Shown: positions 36,831 through 50,110 of the stretch, piece by piece | Numbering within the stretch: the first letter of the stretch is position 1 | Layout of the letters: each line of letters opens with the position of its first letter | DNA from: Negaprion brevirostris | Lineage: Eukaryota | Reading direction: 5' to 3' | Assembly (NCBI GenBank): GCA_030324005.1 | Contig: JARDVH010000163.1 | Location: forward strand, 90,701,012 to 90,765,011 | Length of the DNA stretch: 64,000 nucleotides | Notes under the pieces: generated by a model | Database searches by the model: none | The model's input: only the letters and a program-made list of their open reading frames with translations | Told to the model about the DNA's origin: nothing | Made by a program: the position numbers and the translations under genes

Positions 36831-37299
36831 TTCCCCCTTTCGCCTAACCATTGAGGATTCTACTAATACCTGTTGCCATGGAATCCTTGACAGAGTGCCA
36901 TTCCAGCGAAGTTTGCTTGGCCGTGGTTTCTTCAATCTGGTTGGTTGAAGAGCCCCACACAATCCTACCTTGCTCATAGATACTGCAAGACCTGTTTGGA
37001 GGATACCAAGTTGAATTAGATGTTGGATTAGAGCAAGTCACTGCCTAAAATCAGCTATCCAAGGATAGCTGTCCACAAAGGAAACAAGGAGAATGATGAG
37101 TGCCATTTCTTTGCTGCTGAAGGAAAATCTGAGCCATGGAAATGTGTGCCATTTAAAAGGAAGTTTGATTCTTTTTGCTCAAATTTAGCCAAATTGTATC
37201 ATAGAACACAGACCGAAGAGTTGGGATGTGATAAGGACAAGGGTTCAGCTGACTTTCTTATCCTTGATTTTTTCTTCTATTCTTGTAGTAGACTTGACT

Positions 37300-37617
37300 A
37301 GATCGTAGGATCCCTACAATGTCGAAGGCAGCCATTTGGCCCATCAGGTCTACACTGACCACAATCTCACCCAAGCCCAAACCTCGAGCCCCATATATTT
37401 ACCCTAGCTGGTTTCCCTGACACTAAGGGACAATTTAGCATGGCCAATCTACCTGACTTGCACATTTTTGGACTGTGGGAGGAAACCACAGTACCCAGAG
37501 GAAACCCACACAGACACGGGGAGAACATGCAAACTCAGCACAGACAGTGACCCAAGCTGGGAATCAAAGCCAGGTACCTGGCACTTTGAGGCAGCAGTAC
37601 GAACCACTGTGCCATTG
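37300..37617 (-). mobile_element. HE1/V-type SINE, tail A
   Basis: Antisense V-domain ggactgtgggaggaaacc..cagacacggggagaacatgcaaactc plus head. Confidence 0.88.
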
Positions 37618-37689
37618 TACAAGCATTTCTCCATTTGACTCCAAGCTAGAATGCTTACCAGAGAGAGAGGCATAGTATAAAGGACGGTA

Positions 37690-37807
37690 AGTCTTATTTT
37701 CTGATCTTGCCCATGACTGGGATTCTCCAGTCCCGCTGCAGTGAATGAAGATTTGGCTGAGCGCCAAATCCTCTGCTTTTGCTGGCAACACTAGAGAATT
37801 CTGGCCA
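37690..37807 (-). mobile_element. Harbinger-type MITE fragment (inverse of 3873-3990)
   Basis: cgctgcagtgaa..atttggctgagcgc..gagaattctggcc. Confidence 0.65.
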
Positions 37808-37872
37808 GTGAGTCAATCTTTTTCACTGCTGGACTATCCCAGCAGGGGATTGGCGGGAGAGTGGGTGCAGGG

Positions 37873-38135
37873 GAGGGGCGGCACAGTGTGGCACAGTAGC
37901 TAGCACTCCTGCTTCACGGTGCCAAGGACCTGGGTTTAAATCACGGCTTGGATCGCTGTCTGTGTAGAGTCTGCATGTTCTTTGTGTTTTGCGTGAGTTT
38001 CCTCCCACAGTCTGAAAGACATGCTGGTTAGGTGCATTGACCTGAACAGGCACAGGAACGTAACAACTAGGGGATTTTCACAGTAACTTCATTGCAGTGT
38101 TAATGTTAGCCTTACTTGCGACAAATAAATAAACT
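37873..38135 (+). mobile_element. HE1/V-type SINE, tail B
   Basis: Head and V-domain, tail actaggggattttcacagtaacttcattgcagtgttaatg..gacaaataaataaac. Confidence 0.88.
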
Positions 38136-38439
38136 TTTACATTTTACTTTTACCCAGTCAACAGTTTTGGAGGGGACAGAAAGAATCCAGTGGGGCCATA
38201 ATTATGCTGGGGCACAGTTGTCAATATGTTAGATTGTGTATATATCAATGCAATGATTGCATGGATGGAATTATAACCTCTCCTTGTGGTGTTCAAGTGT
38301 GTTCCAATGTGGAAGGAAAGAAAATTAGATGATTGTCCTTGCATTTCCTTGCAGCAATGACAGGGATCTGAAGAACCCCCATCTTGGGAAAAAACAGGGA
38401 AATTTAAAACAAAAATGGCAAATATAAAACATTTTAGTC

Positions 38440-38762
38440 ATGCTAAGTCTAAACATAAGTGCAATGGACAAGTTCCAACACCAAAGCTGAAAAGAATTAG
38501 TTTGAACATCAAAGAAAACTCCAATTTCAGTTTGGTGAATGTTCATAAGGAGAACGCTTTATATGTGAGTTGTTCTGATCTGAAATGCAATACGGAGCGG
38601 AATGGAAACAAAATCAGTAGGAACATGCAAATGGAATTGGATAAATACTTCGAGAGGAAAAAGATGCAGTGTTATAGGGAGCTGGCAGAACAGACTAATC
38701 TTTCAAAGAGCCAGCACAGAGAGAATGGACCAAACAGTTGCCTTCTGTGAAGCTATGATTAA
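38440..38762 (+). mobile_element. CR1 3' fragment
   Basis: MELDKYFERKKMQCYRE followed by a CR1-type tail. Confidence 0.65.
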
Positions 38763-40019
38763 GATTTTTAATTTCCGAGGAGATAAAATTCCAGGGTCAA
38801 TGGAACAGAAAAAACAGCTGCTTTGAAAGTCTTGCCAGGTGGTTTGTTCATTTTAAGTCTATAAATTTCCACGGTGTTGGATGAAGAAAATGAAAATCTA
38901 TGAGCATGTGAAGCTTTCATTTAAATATCTGGTTGTTTTAAAACAAACTTAATTCAAATTTAATCTCAAAGTATTTGCATTGGTAATGTAGTCATTAATC
39001 AATTCATTAATTATTCTATGAATGTGTTTTTTTGAACGTAGATTTTTTAAAGTCGTGTGACCCCACTTTTTTTTTACATTTTTTTTCTTCCAGCAGTGCT
39101 CATTAAAATAATAAGCTCCCAAACTAGTTAAGGTATTCACTGTAATCTCAAAGAATATATATTTATGGCTCATCTACTCCATATACTTGTGCATATCACA
39201 CTTATTGCTACCAGGTACATGGAGAGAAGAGCTAATTGAGGATCGGAGGTGCATGCTTTTCCCTTGGTGTTTTAGGAGAAGCAAATACTGTCTGAAATCG
39301 GTAACTGGACAATCCATCAGTATTCCCCTTAAGGGAAATGGTACATTAATGTAAGTATGTCTTCCTGGCTCACTTCCTACGTCGCAAAAAGCCAGTTTTT
39401 TTTAAACTGGTACTATCTACCTGTTCTTAAGAATGCCTGACACAGGGACTCAGATAATATTTACATGGCAGGAAGAGAGCTGGTGTCGGTGGAGGCTGGT
39501 GAGGGGGTTGGGAGGGGGATGGTGGAGGATAGGCTCAGCAGCTGAAAATGTGGAATTCATCATGATTTAAGCTTCTGTCATTGGCTTTCTGGACACAGCC
39601 AGCTAGATTTAGAGCCTGATTGGCTATCGGGCTACTGGGCAGCCCGAGTGGCATAGAGATTATGGAGGTTAGTCAGACACGGTGTATGAAGGAGATTGGG
39701 TTGAGGAATTTGAGATCAGAGGTGGGACGCTGAGTTGGTCATCCTTGTTCAGTTCGATTGACATGAAAGTGACTGAAGCAGCATAAATGATTGAGGAATT
39801 TCAAGCACAAATTAAGATATCATGATCTTTTGCACAGATTGGAAAACAAAATTGGGTTGGAAGATGGCCCTTCCAACAAAACTGGCTATGCCACCAAGTT
39901 CAAATTAATGGCCAGTTTTTAGCAATTGTGTCCATTTGTTGCCCTTCAAAGGAGGGCATTTAAATTTGTTTTTGTTCTGTTTTTATGAACAAAGGTACTG
40001 AGAAGCATTTTTAAAAGTT

Positions 40020-40240
40020 ATAAACGTATGGGTTGGGAGCAGGAGTAGGCCACTCGCCCTCTTGAGCCTGCTCTGCCAATCAGTGAGATCATGGCTGATC
40101 TGATCATGACTTTAACCCATATTCCTACCAACTCCAATAAAATATTCTCCTCATCTTGGTCTGTAATGAGCGACCCCTTATTTTTAAACAGTGACTCCAA
40201 GTTCTAGATTCTCCAACAAGAGGAGACATCGCATTCCCAT
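40020..40240 (-). mobile_element. CR1 3' tail
   Basis: ggagcaggagtaggccactcgccccttgagcctgctctgcc..gatcatggctgatctg. Confidence 0.8.
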
Positions 40241-41189
40241 CTTCCCATCACTTGCAGTGTCTGCACCCTCCACACCACATAACAATGAACTCTGCACTTG
40301 AGGCTCCTCCTAGGACCTACCCCTGGCCTTGCCTCCTGGCATAAGTTGGCACTGCCATGGGGCTTTTCTGGGGCTTTGTCTGACCATGTCCCTTGCCCCA
40401 TTTTGTCCCCAGGTTCACATCTGGGCGAAACTGTTGTAAACCTCACTGCCATGACATTGTGACAGTAAGGTACGAAAATCTAATGAGGGGTGGGGGGGTT
40501 GTCTTTAATTATATTTAAATTTATTGAAATGAATGGAAATCAGGTTCTTGCCCATAATGGGCATGAATGTAATTACATCATCACCAAAGAGCGGAGAAAA
40601 TTGGAGATTTCAGTGTCACCTGAGCCCTTGTTAGCGATCTTGCGAACAGAGGATGTGGGCTCAAGATCCTGCCCATTGTTTCAGTATGAGCACTTTGCAT
40701 TTTAATGACTTTCTTTGGCAGTTATGAGTTTTGATGAATCTTTGGATTATAGGAAATGTCTCTCTCTCTCTCTCACTCCCCTGAGGGTGCCTTGCTTGCT
40801 TTTTCACATTCACCTTGGATTTTCGAGTAGTTTGTTCTGTCTCATTTCAAATTGCAAAATTTCCAGTCAGTTGAAATGTCTAATTTTCAAAAATAAAGTG
40901 GCATAACCTGTAGCTAAGAGTAGTGGGCGAGAAGAGGATTGGGAGAGGTTTAAATGTCAACAAAGATTGACAAAGAAGTTGATAAANNNNNNNNNNNNNN
41001 NNNNNNNNNNNNNNNNNNNNNNNNNNNNNNNNNNNNNNNNNNNNNNNNNNNNNNNNNNNNNNNNNNNNNNNNNNNNNNNNNNNNNNCAGCCATGATCTTA
41101 TTGAATGGCGGGGCAGGCTCGAAGGGCTGGATGGCCTACTCCTGCTCCTATTTCTATTTCTATAACCTCATGACAGGTTATGCACATGA

Positions 41190-41790
41190 CTGATTTCTGA
41201 TTGGGGGAGGCAGCGGAGGTGGTGGGGAGGGGACATTTGGTCTTCCAATGATAGAGGAAGCCACATTGTGAGTGGTGAATATTGTATACTAAATTAAACT
41301 AAGTATAAATACATTGCTGATTTAACTAGAAAGAATATTTGGGGTTCTGGAAGGTGGGAAAAGGGTAGGTATTCCGTGTACCAGAATGTATCAAAGAAAG
41401 AGGAGCAAGTATTGACGGTTAACTGAAGAATGTTCCAAGTCATCAAGAGAAAGGCCCCTTTGAAATGCTGAAAGGGGACGCAAGTTGCATTTTATGGCCC
41501 CATGCTATGATGGTAAAAATGGTGGAGATTATATGTTGAATGTAGAGGCTAATGTGATGGCAGGTGAGAACAAAAGGGTTTGGGAACAGGTGACTGGGCA
41601 AGAACAGAAGTGCAAGAAGTGAAATGGCACCATTGAGAGGCTCTACCTGTTATGGACAAGAAACATCTTGTTGAAAAAGGAAAAACAATGAATAGTGCTG
41701 ATATGGAAGGCAGCATCATCAGAACACGTGCAACAGAAATGGGGAAATTGTAACAGAAGCTGGGTATGGCATCCTTGGTTTTAAGATGAG
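41190..41790 (-). mobile_element. Penelope-like element, decayed GIY-YIG/linker region
   Basis: Reverse complement gives FNLVYNIHHSQCGFLY..KTKC (consensus NLVYCIRCSQCGLLYIGETK). Confidence 0.7.
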
Positions 41791-41884
41791 TATGTTCACA
41801 ATAAAACTAAAGTCCTACTTTTCTTTTTGAAAGCCACTACAGACTACTTGAGCATTTCTAATGACCAAAAGATAAATAACAAAT

Positions 41885-42098
41885 ATTTCTATCGTGCATT
41901 TTATATTCTTAGTATCTCCCAAAGCACTTCACAGCCGACAAATAATGTTTAAGGTATAATTGCTGATGTGAGCAAGGGGAATAAACATTGCAGAACTTAC
42001 CATCTCTTTTTTAAAAGTTCCATGGGATCTTTTATGTCCAGCTGACTCGACAGATGGCACTTCTGACTCTGTCATACTCATTCAGCCCTGCACTAGAG
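41885..42098 (-). mobile_element. Deu-domain SINE relic with L2-like tail
   Basis: tcccaaagcacttcacagcc..ccatgggatcttttatgtccagctga..gatggcacttctgac..ctgcactagag. Confidence 0.72.
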
Positions 42099-43119
42099 NN
42101 NNNNNNNNNNNNNNNNNNNNNNNNNNNNNNNNNNNNNNNNNNNNNNNNNNNNNNNNNNNNNNNNNNNNNNNNNNNNNNNNNNNNNNNNNNNNNNNNNNNN
42201 NNNNNNNNNNNNNNNNNNNNNNNNNNNNNNNNNNNNNNNNNNNNNNNNNNNNNNNNNNNNNNNNNNNNNNNNNNNNNNNNNNNNNNNNNNNNNNNNNNNN
42301 NNNNNNNNNNNNNNNNNNNNNNNNNNNNNNNNNNNNNNNNNNNNNNNNNNNNNNNNNNNNNNNNNNNNNNNNNNNNNNNNNNNNNNNNNNNNNNNNNNNN
42401 NNNNNNNNNNNNNNNNNNNNNNNNNNNNNNNNNNNNNNNNNNNNNNNNNNNNNNNNNNNNNNNNNNNNNNNNNNNNNNNNNNNNNNNNNNNNNNNNNNNN
42501 NNNNNNNNNNNNNNNNNNNNNNNNNNNNNNNNNNNGGTCTTCTGCAAATTTTTAAAAATCAAGCTTTCTAACACCAAAAACAATGTTATAATTTACTACA
42601 TTGATAACATCCTCAAAAAAACACAACCAATTTAGCGAAGGAGGACCTCTGCTTCCTGAAGGCATGCTGGGAGCTGTTAAACTCTACAAATGATCATTAA
42701 TCACATCCTGTATAATGCTGTCCTACAATTAACATTAGCGTGGCTATCACCAGAACATTAACTTGTCTGAGCTTTTTATCACAGTTGGTTAAAAGCATCT
42801 GAGAATTCTGCTGCCATGCTCCGAAGGTCCAACATATACTTATATTACAGAAACATACAAACGTATGAGAATGAAGTGCCAATGAATAGAACTGATTCAT
42901 TGAGTCTGTCCGACACTGTCAGTGTGATTACTCAATCTCCACCTCCTCCACAAACTAGCAAAGCACTCTTCAGAGAGAGGTAAGAATAAGCTTTGAAAGA
43001 ATCCTGAGGTCAATTTTGTAAAGACATTCTAGAAAATTCCTTTCCGATCCTTGAAGCAGATCAAAAAGTCCCAGGAGACTACATTAACCGGACGTCACAA
43101 CTCCCAATTCATGTTACTA

Positions 43120-43935
43120 AGTTGCCCATATGCAGGAATTCATCCAATTCCCTTTTGAATCATTTTACCAAATCACTGCAAAGCCAGCAACTTGTTTTTG
43201 AGGTCAATGACTTCACAAAATGAAGTACATCCTGAAGTACAATTAGTTCATATGCTTTTGTAACTTAGACTTGAGTCCCCTGTTTCTAATTCTTAAGCTA
43301 CGTAACTCAAATAGATTATTCACAGGGAGAGAGCCTAATATCATCCCATTAAGCTAAAGAGCTCAATTAAATCTATTTGAAGTTTTCAAATTAAATGACA
43401 CCTCTGTCCACCTACAGTAGCAATTAAAGGCACCTAAACTAGTCATGAATCGAATGATTTCCCTGTGAATCTTTTTGGTGTCTCTATCACTTACCATGGA
43501 AAGACACCAAAACTAAATATGGGAATCCAGGTCAAGTTTTTCAGGGCCTCTTGTAAAGTCAGAGTGAACGTTTATTTTATGTTTGCAATTGCATGGATCA
43601 CTTGACACTGTGGGACCTCTTATTACTTGTGGCAATATGATACACAATTACTTCTCTTATTTTGCAGCATTGAGATGCAACACATGTGCTTGCAGTTGGC
43701 CCCAGTGTAACATATAATGTTACATTTATCGACATTAAAAATCAATCTGCTGGGTACAAGCCCACTTCCCTGTTGCTTCTGAATCTCACTGCAACCTTTT
43801 TCTCACCAAAGATCCTTGCACTGAAAAAGATATTTGTAACATCTGCAAACTTGTGAATAGCGTTCACCTGATGGCTTCCTCTGGATCACTGGTGAAAGTG
43901 GTGAGAGTAACAGCCATAATCTTTCCATGGCAGAA
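43120..43935 (-). mobile_element. Old CR1 fragment
   Basis: Residual tgtaacatctgcaaac (antisense FADVT), ccaaaactaaatatgggaatccagg and tail-like segments. Confidence 0.6.
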
Positions 43936-44069
43936 CACTGTTGCAATTTAAAACATAGAGTAATTTTCTATTTATCTCTTGCCAACTTCATCTCACAAAC
44001 TCTTGATGTAATTGATTCCTTTCTGGAATATAACTCCAAGAGTGCCAGCCACCCAAATGGTTTTCATTT

Positions 44070-44348
44070 ATTTGTAAACCTTGATGATGAGTATTGGCAA
44101 GCTAGCTGTTGGGAGTTGCATCAGAGCCAGGCTCACTTCTTCTGCATGCTTCCAGTAGGAGTTCTTGGAAAATGACCAGGGCAAGGAACACTGTCTGATT
44201 TTGCTTCTCTTTTAGTGAGGGGTGCTGAGGCTAATTTTAGTTTTTCTACTGCAATCTGGGCCAAAACTGACTAATTCAGCAGATGCTGGGGATCAAATCT
44301 GGAACCTATCTGCCGCATGAGGTTCAGATACTCATTGAGCAAACTCCC
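44070..44348 (-). mobile_element. Ancient tRNA-derived SINE (same family as 7207-7520)
   Basis: Reverse complement aggttccagatttgatcccc..tgctgaattag..aattagcctcagcaccc..aaaatcagacagtgttccttgc..cttgccaatactca. Confidence 0.6.
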
Positions 44349-45471
44349 TGAACAATCAACATAGCTTGGATAGCTTTACCAAACATTACTGTAATTATGC
44401 ATTTTGACAGAGTGATGATATTGGGTTGTGCACTGGATTATTGCTGAACAGCTCTTCTCTCTTTGTTAAAAAAAAAGCACTATGTCAAGAAAATCAGCCA
44501 TGGAATTTTGACGATATGAAATAGAAAGTACAAATCTCATTGAAGGATGTTACTTCATTCTTTGTACAGACGTCTTCACAAACATTCTTTTCTCTCAGCA
44601 CTTTGACAAATTCTCTCGCTGGATTTCTGAATTATAATAACCTCTCCAGGATAGCTACATTAGAGAAGTGTTGTTTAGCAGGAAAACATCTGCAAAAGGA
44701 AGATTGTGCAATGTTTTGGTTCTTCACTTACTGACTGTCCAATTGTACATTGAATCAATGTAATCCAACAAGTGAAGAAACTACGTGTAATAATTTCCTC
44801 ATTATTTTTCCATTTTTCAAAATACTTCTCCTGCAATATGTAAAATGGAGACAGAAGCAATCTGATACTGTACCAAAGTATGCAGGCTATTGGATATGTA
44901 AACTCCTCTGTGTTGCTGCTTTGTTAAATTGAATATTCAAAAGATTTGTCTTTCAATTAATGCATTAATTTGTTTATTAATTCATTTAATGGATTTAGTC
45001 ACTGAAGCATTTCATGTTGAACAATCAACATGATAGCTGCTGCAGAGAACAGACATTTTTTAAAATGTTCAGTGTTTTCAAGGCATATTAATCAACTTCT
45101 TCCTCAGCTACATTTTCACACAATCAACTTTACATTCTCCATATGGCAGTTAATTTTTTTACACATCGTACTAAAAAGGAAGCCTGCCTTTATAATGTGA
45201 TATCGCTATAAGTAGCACTAATCGTTCCAATTTGAGACAATGATTTCAACTCAAATGAAGCTTGCAAAATCCCCTGTGCTCTAAAGCTTTGTAATTATGC
45301 ATAGGAGTTAAAAACTGTACCTCCCCTCTCACAGGATTAGGCAGCTTTAGTAGTTTATGTTAATTAGATAGTAGGGAATGTTTTGTGTGGTCCAGCAGAA
45401 TGTGGGCCATTGGATGCAATTACAAGGTCAGCCCTCAAATACACTGATGTATTTCTCAAAGTTAACACATT

Positions 45472-46212
45472 GGCCCAAATCTTTTGATCAGCATCAAAAC
45501 ATTTGCATCAAATGCTGATCAAGTTGAAAACTGCCCATCTACCTGACTATGTTTAAAAAGGAGAGACTTCTGACCCAGGATGCAGAAACACTGCCTCAGC
45601 GCAGAGGTTCTTTCCAAGAGCAATGAAGACAATCAAAACAGGTGATCCAGGCCTCCTTTTTTCAGCAAGAGCTGATATAAGGGAAGTTTAATGTCCAATG
45701 TGAATATTTATGAACGGGTGCTAGTCAAATGGGTGGATGGATGAATGAGCAGGATGGTAGACTGGATTTTTATGATTTCTATGATAGGTTAGTGAGGTAA
45801 GCCAGTGGCAGGTCGGCAGGTTGATAGGTGGATCAGGGTAGTGTCAGGACTAGTCAAGTCGTGTTGGAGATACAGGTTTAGTCGAAAGCTGTCTCGAGGT
45901 GAGTAGTCCGGGTGAAGGGTGACATGATAGGGGTCGGTGTGAATGCAAGGGGGAGGGCAGTTGTCCAGTTACTCAGGAGTTAGTCTAGGATTTTTCTGAG
46001 TAGTATTTCTTATGTAATTACCCTGATAAACTACATTGCAACTGTCTGAAGTCTCTGACCCTAGCTCAGAGTTGAACACATTTTCAGAGGGCCGTAAGGA
46101 GCCCATCAGAAATTTGTACATCCTGGGCAATTCCCAGAGAGTCAGTGTTAGGACTTGCATCTTGGATCATGCATCTGGTCTCTGATGATCTGGAGACTGG
46201 AAGGTCTGAGCC
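45472..46212. mobile_element. Probable non-autonomous DNA transposon (Harbinger-like)
   Basis: Imperfect inverted ends ggcccaaatcttt (45473) and gaaggtctgagcc (~46200-46212) with a G-rich internal tract. Confidence 0.4.
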
Positions 46213-46213
46213 A

Positions 46214-46868
46214 TTAGAACCATACAACATTACAGCACAGAAATAGGCCTTTTGGCCCTTCTTNNNNNNNNNNNNNNNNNNNNNNNNNNNNNNNNNNNNN
46301 NNNNNNNNNNNNNNNNNNNNNNNNNNNNNNNNNNNNNNNNNNNNNNNNNNNNNNNNNNNNNNNATTTTTTCAGCCCATTTTTCTAGCTGATCCAAATCCC
46401 TCTGCAAGCTTTGAAAACCTTCCTCACTGTTCACTACACCTCCAATCTATGTATCATCAGCAAATTTGCTGACCCAATTTACCACATAATCATCCAGATC
46501 ATTGATGTAAATGACAAACAACAATGGACCCAGCACTGATCCCTGTGGCACACCACTAGTCACAGGCCTCCACTCAGAGAAACAATTCTCCACTACCACT
46601 CGCTGGCTTCTTCCATTGAGCCAATGTCTAATCCAATTTACTACCTCTCCATGTATACCTAATGACTGAATCTTCCTAACTAACTTTCCATGTGGGACCT
46701 TGTCAAAAGCCTCACTGAATCCAGGTAGACAACATCCACTGCCTTCCCTTCATCCACTTTCCTGATAACCTCCTCAAAAAACTCTCATAGATTGGTTAAA
46801 TATGACCTACCACACACAAAACCATGTTGACTCTCCCTAATAAGCCCTATCCATCCAAATATTTGTGA
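46214..46868 (-). mobile_element. CR1 RT fragment and tail
   Basis: Antisense [16 protein letters not shown] and LQRDLDQLEKWAEK. Confidence 0.9.
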
Positions 46869-47486
46869 ACTCAATGATTCAGTGAAATAAAGATCCTTTC
46901 ACAGGATCGTATGTTAAATATGGATGCATAAGAGCATTCAACCAATTGTAGTTCACCAGTTGAGAGAGACCTGACTGTCCACCCATTATGACTTCACGTT
47001 GTTGGTTAACTGATTTAGGGTATTATGCTATAATTCTACCTGAAAGCCTATTTTGTGTATTGATTACTGAGAATATAAAAAACACTAACTGACCTAAGTC
47101 CTAAATTAATTGTTTATTACATAGAATCTGTGCCCCTTTGTCCTTCTGAAAAATGGGAAGTAACCTTCTGTATTTGCTTTTTCCACCTTGTATTCCTGCT
47201 TTCCAGGCTGATAAACCACCATTGCTTCACTTTTTTTCATACGCAGTTCTCTTTAAGCTAACAAGCAACCTTGTTCACTTCTGAACTGATTTCATTACCT
47301 GAACGTTTCCTTCTGTCTTCATGACCAGAACTGGGCACAGTATTCTAGGTCTGGCCTGACCATGACCACCACAGAGTTTCAACATGTCTTTCTCAGATTT
47401 GTACTTGCCTGCCTTGTTACCCAAATTAAGTTCAGTTTGTTTTGTTGAACATCAATTGTAGTGAAACTCCCAAATCACCTGATTGA

Positions 47487-47770
47487 AGTTTATTTATTAT
47501 TCGTGTGACAAATAGGCTTACGTTAACACTGCAGTGAAGTTATCTGTGAAAATCTCCTTGGTGTACCCGAACAAGCACCGGAGCTTGTTCGGGTACTCCA
47601 AGGGAGAATTTAGCATGGTCAATGCACTTAACCAGCATGTCCTTTGGATTGTGGGAGGAGACCAGAGCACTCAGAGGATCCGCACAGACAATGACCCAAG
47701 CAGGGAATCGAACACCAGTCCCTGGAGCTGTGAAGAAGCAGTACGAACTACTGTGCCACCATGCTGCCCC
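47487..47770 (-). mobile_element. HE1/V-type SINE, tail B
   Basis: aagtttatttatt..ttaacactgcagtgaagttatctgtgaaaatc..gcagtacgaactactgtgccaccatgctgccc; lies within an old CR1 (~47090-48870). Confidence 0.88.
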
Positions 47771-47894
47771 ATCAACATTGTGCCACCCCTTCAAAATCAT
47801 GCTTCACCATTTTAGTTGTATTCAGGAAGTACTTTATGTCCATATATTCCTAAGTGTGCAGTATTTTGCACCTTCAGCATTATATTATTTCTAT

Positions 47895-48411
47895 ATATCT
47901 GAAGTCCCAATTTTATGCGCTCCAATTTAGCGTGAATTTAGATATAACGCGATGAGCCATCAGACCTTTGTTTTGCTCTTTCTGGGGAACTGACAAGTTT
48001 TTGGTTACTGCAGTCTATTTCTAAAGTGAAAATAATCTGCCTTAGAAAGAAATTGTGAACAGAAAACACTTGCTTCCCCCCTTGCCCAGTTCAGATAAAA
48101 GGAGTTCTCACTAGAAAAAAACTACATTAGACAGTTTTTCAAAAGAGGAAGTACTTCACAGTTAATGGACCATGGAAGTGTTTGTGTAAATAAACATCCC
48201 CACTGCCTGTTTTAAACTAGCCTGGACCTGCCAATCAAAAGGTTTGTAAAAGTTAATGAAATGTGTAGTGGTTGTATAAACGAACAGAGTTCTGACGGAT
48301 GCCGAGGTCGTCTGTAACGTAACTATAGCACCCCGATTTAGCTCGACCCTGCTTCTTTGCGATAACGTTTTATGGACCCCAATCATCATGTTGTAATGGG
48401 GCCACACTGTA
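47895..48411. mobile_element. Tigger/pogo-like (Tc1/mariner) non-autonomous element
   Basis: Right end gttgtaatggggccacactg|ta; CpG-rich subterminal motifs gcgtgaatttagatataacgcg and gcgataacg. Confidence 0.55.
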
Positions 48412-49329
48412 TATTCTGTTTACATTTTTACTTTTATTCTGTTGTAATACCTAAAATGCAGCTTCAGATGTAATTACTTCATCTAGTTTGATATCATCTG
48501 CAAATTTACTCAATTGGTAATTAATTTGCAGGTTCAAGTTCTAAATTGGAATCAGCGGGATCCTACCACCATTCCTCGCACACCTCACTCACTCCCTCTC
48601 AATCCTGACAAAACTCAACAAACAGCTGCTCGAATTTTGGGTTAGTTTCAAGTCTTTTTTTACAAAGCCCCCACCACAATGAGCCAGCTTAAAAGCCTTC
48701 TGTGTGAATTTTGGAAGTTCTTGATATGTCACGTCATCTCTTCTAAAAGAAAAGTCAAGGAAGTCAAGTCAAGTAGGATCTTTCTGTCAACTTTTGCTGG
48801 TTTTTGGGTCAATACTTGAATAATTTATAAGATTACTCTGACAATCAATTCTCTTATTTGGTCCAATGTTGGCGTGGTGCTTATTTGCATGTGCAAATAA
48901 ATTTTACCATATGAAGCTTGTGGTGTGGGACTTTATACAACAACAACATATTCAATAATACAAGTATGAAGATTAGTGCATCTCATTACCAGCCCATGTG
49001 AGGTTCTATCTATTATTGTCATAATTCGGGCATATTAACGTCCATGCTCAGATCTGTGACATCCTATCGAACAAAGAAGCCTAAATTGTAGAATGTACTC
49101 CTGCAATTTCAAAACCATTCTTTCTATTTCCAGATATCTTCTAATTTAAAAACTATTGTGCCAAAAAAGATGCAACTGTGTAATTGGAGTTTTTTTTTTA
49201 TTTTGAGCAACCTAGTATAAGTTTAAATTAGATATTTCAAGAACTGCTATTCAATGACGGTGAAGTTGGATTTTAAAATCCTTAATTAGATGGTTCATCT
49301 TTTTATTAATCCATTTCTTTTTTGATAGA

Positions 49330-50110
49330 TTTTTGAGTGTTATGAACTAGCTCCTTAAATGCTTGCCACTGCTTCTCTACCATTTTACCTGTTAACCTAA
49401 TTTCCCATTCCATTTTATCCAACTCTGTCTTCATGCCCCTGAATTGCTTTTATTAAAGTTTAAGACATGAGTTTTAAACACAAATTTCTCATCCTCAAAC
49501 TAAATATAAATTTATCATGCTATGATCACTCTTACCTCAAGGGTTCGTTACTATGAGATCACTAATTCTGTCTCATCACAAATTAGAAAGTCAATAATAG
49601 CCTGTTCCCTGGTTTGAATTAACCTCAAACAAATTGTTCTAAGAAACTGTCATGAGTACAATCTATGAAGTNNNNNNNNNNNNNNNNNNNNNNNNNNNCA
49701 TTTTTCTAATCCATATGAAAATTAAAATCTCCACACCTTTCTGACAAACTTCATTTTTTCTTGATTTGTAATCTGTCTTAAATTGTAACTACTGTCAGGG
49801 GGGCCTGTAAGCCACTCTCACCAATTATTTCGCATATTTGCTATTTCTAAATATTGACCCTTGGATCTCAAGTCATTGTCACTACTCTTCTATTCTCATA
49901 CTCAATTAACAAAGCTGTTCTGCCTCCTGTCTCCCTTTCCTGTCCCTCTTTGAAGATGTCAAATATTCTTGAATATTCAGGTCACCTTGCAGCCATGTCA
50001 CTGCGATGCTTATCATTTATTCTGGCTTATGCTTACAAGTCATCCATCTTTTGATGAATACTATATCCATTCAGATAAAAAGCCTTTAATTTTGTATTTT
50101 TAACCATTCA
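49330..50110 (-). mobile_element. Old CR1 ORF2 (endonuclease-region) fragment
   Basis: aaatgcttgccactgcttctctac and atcatgctatgatcact (antisense SDHSMI). Confidence 0.65.

Noticed and set aside
42032-42635. Long ORFs spanning N runs (also near 12.6, 50.3, 60.3 and 63.1 kb)
   Set aside because: They are open only because N codons contain no stops.
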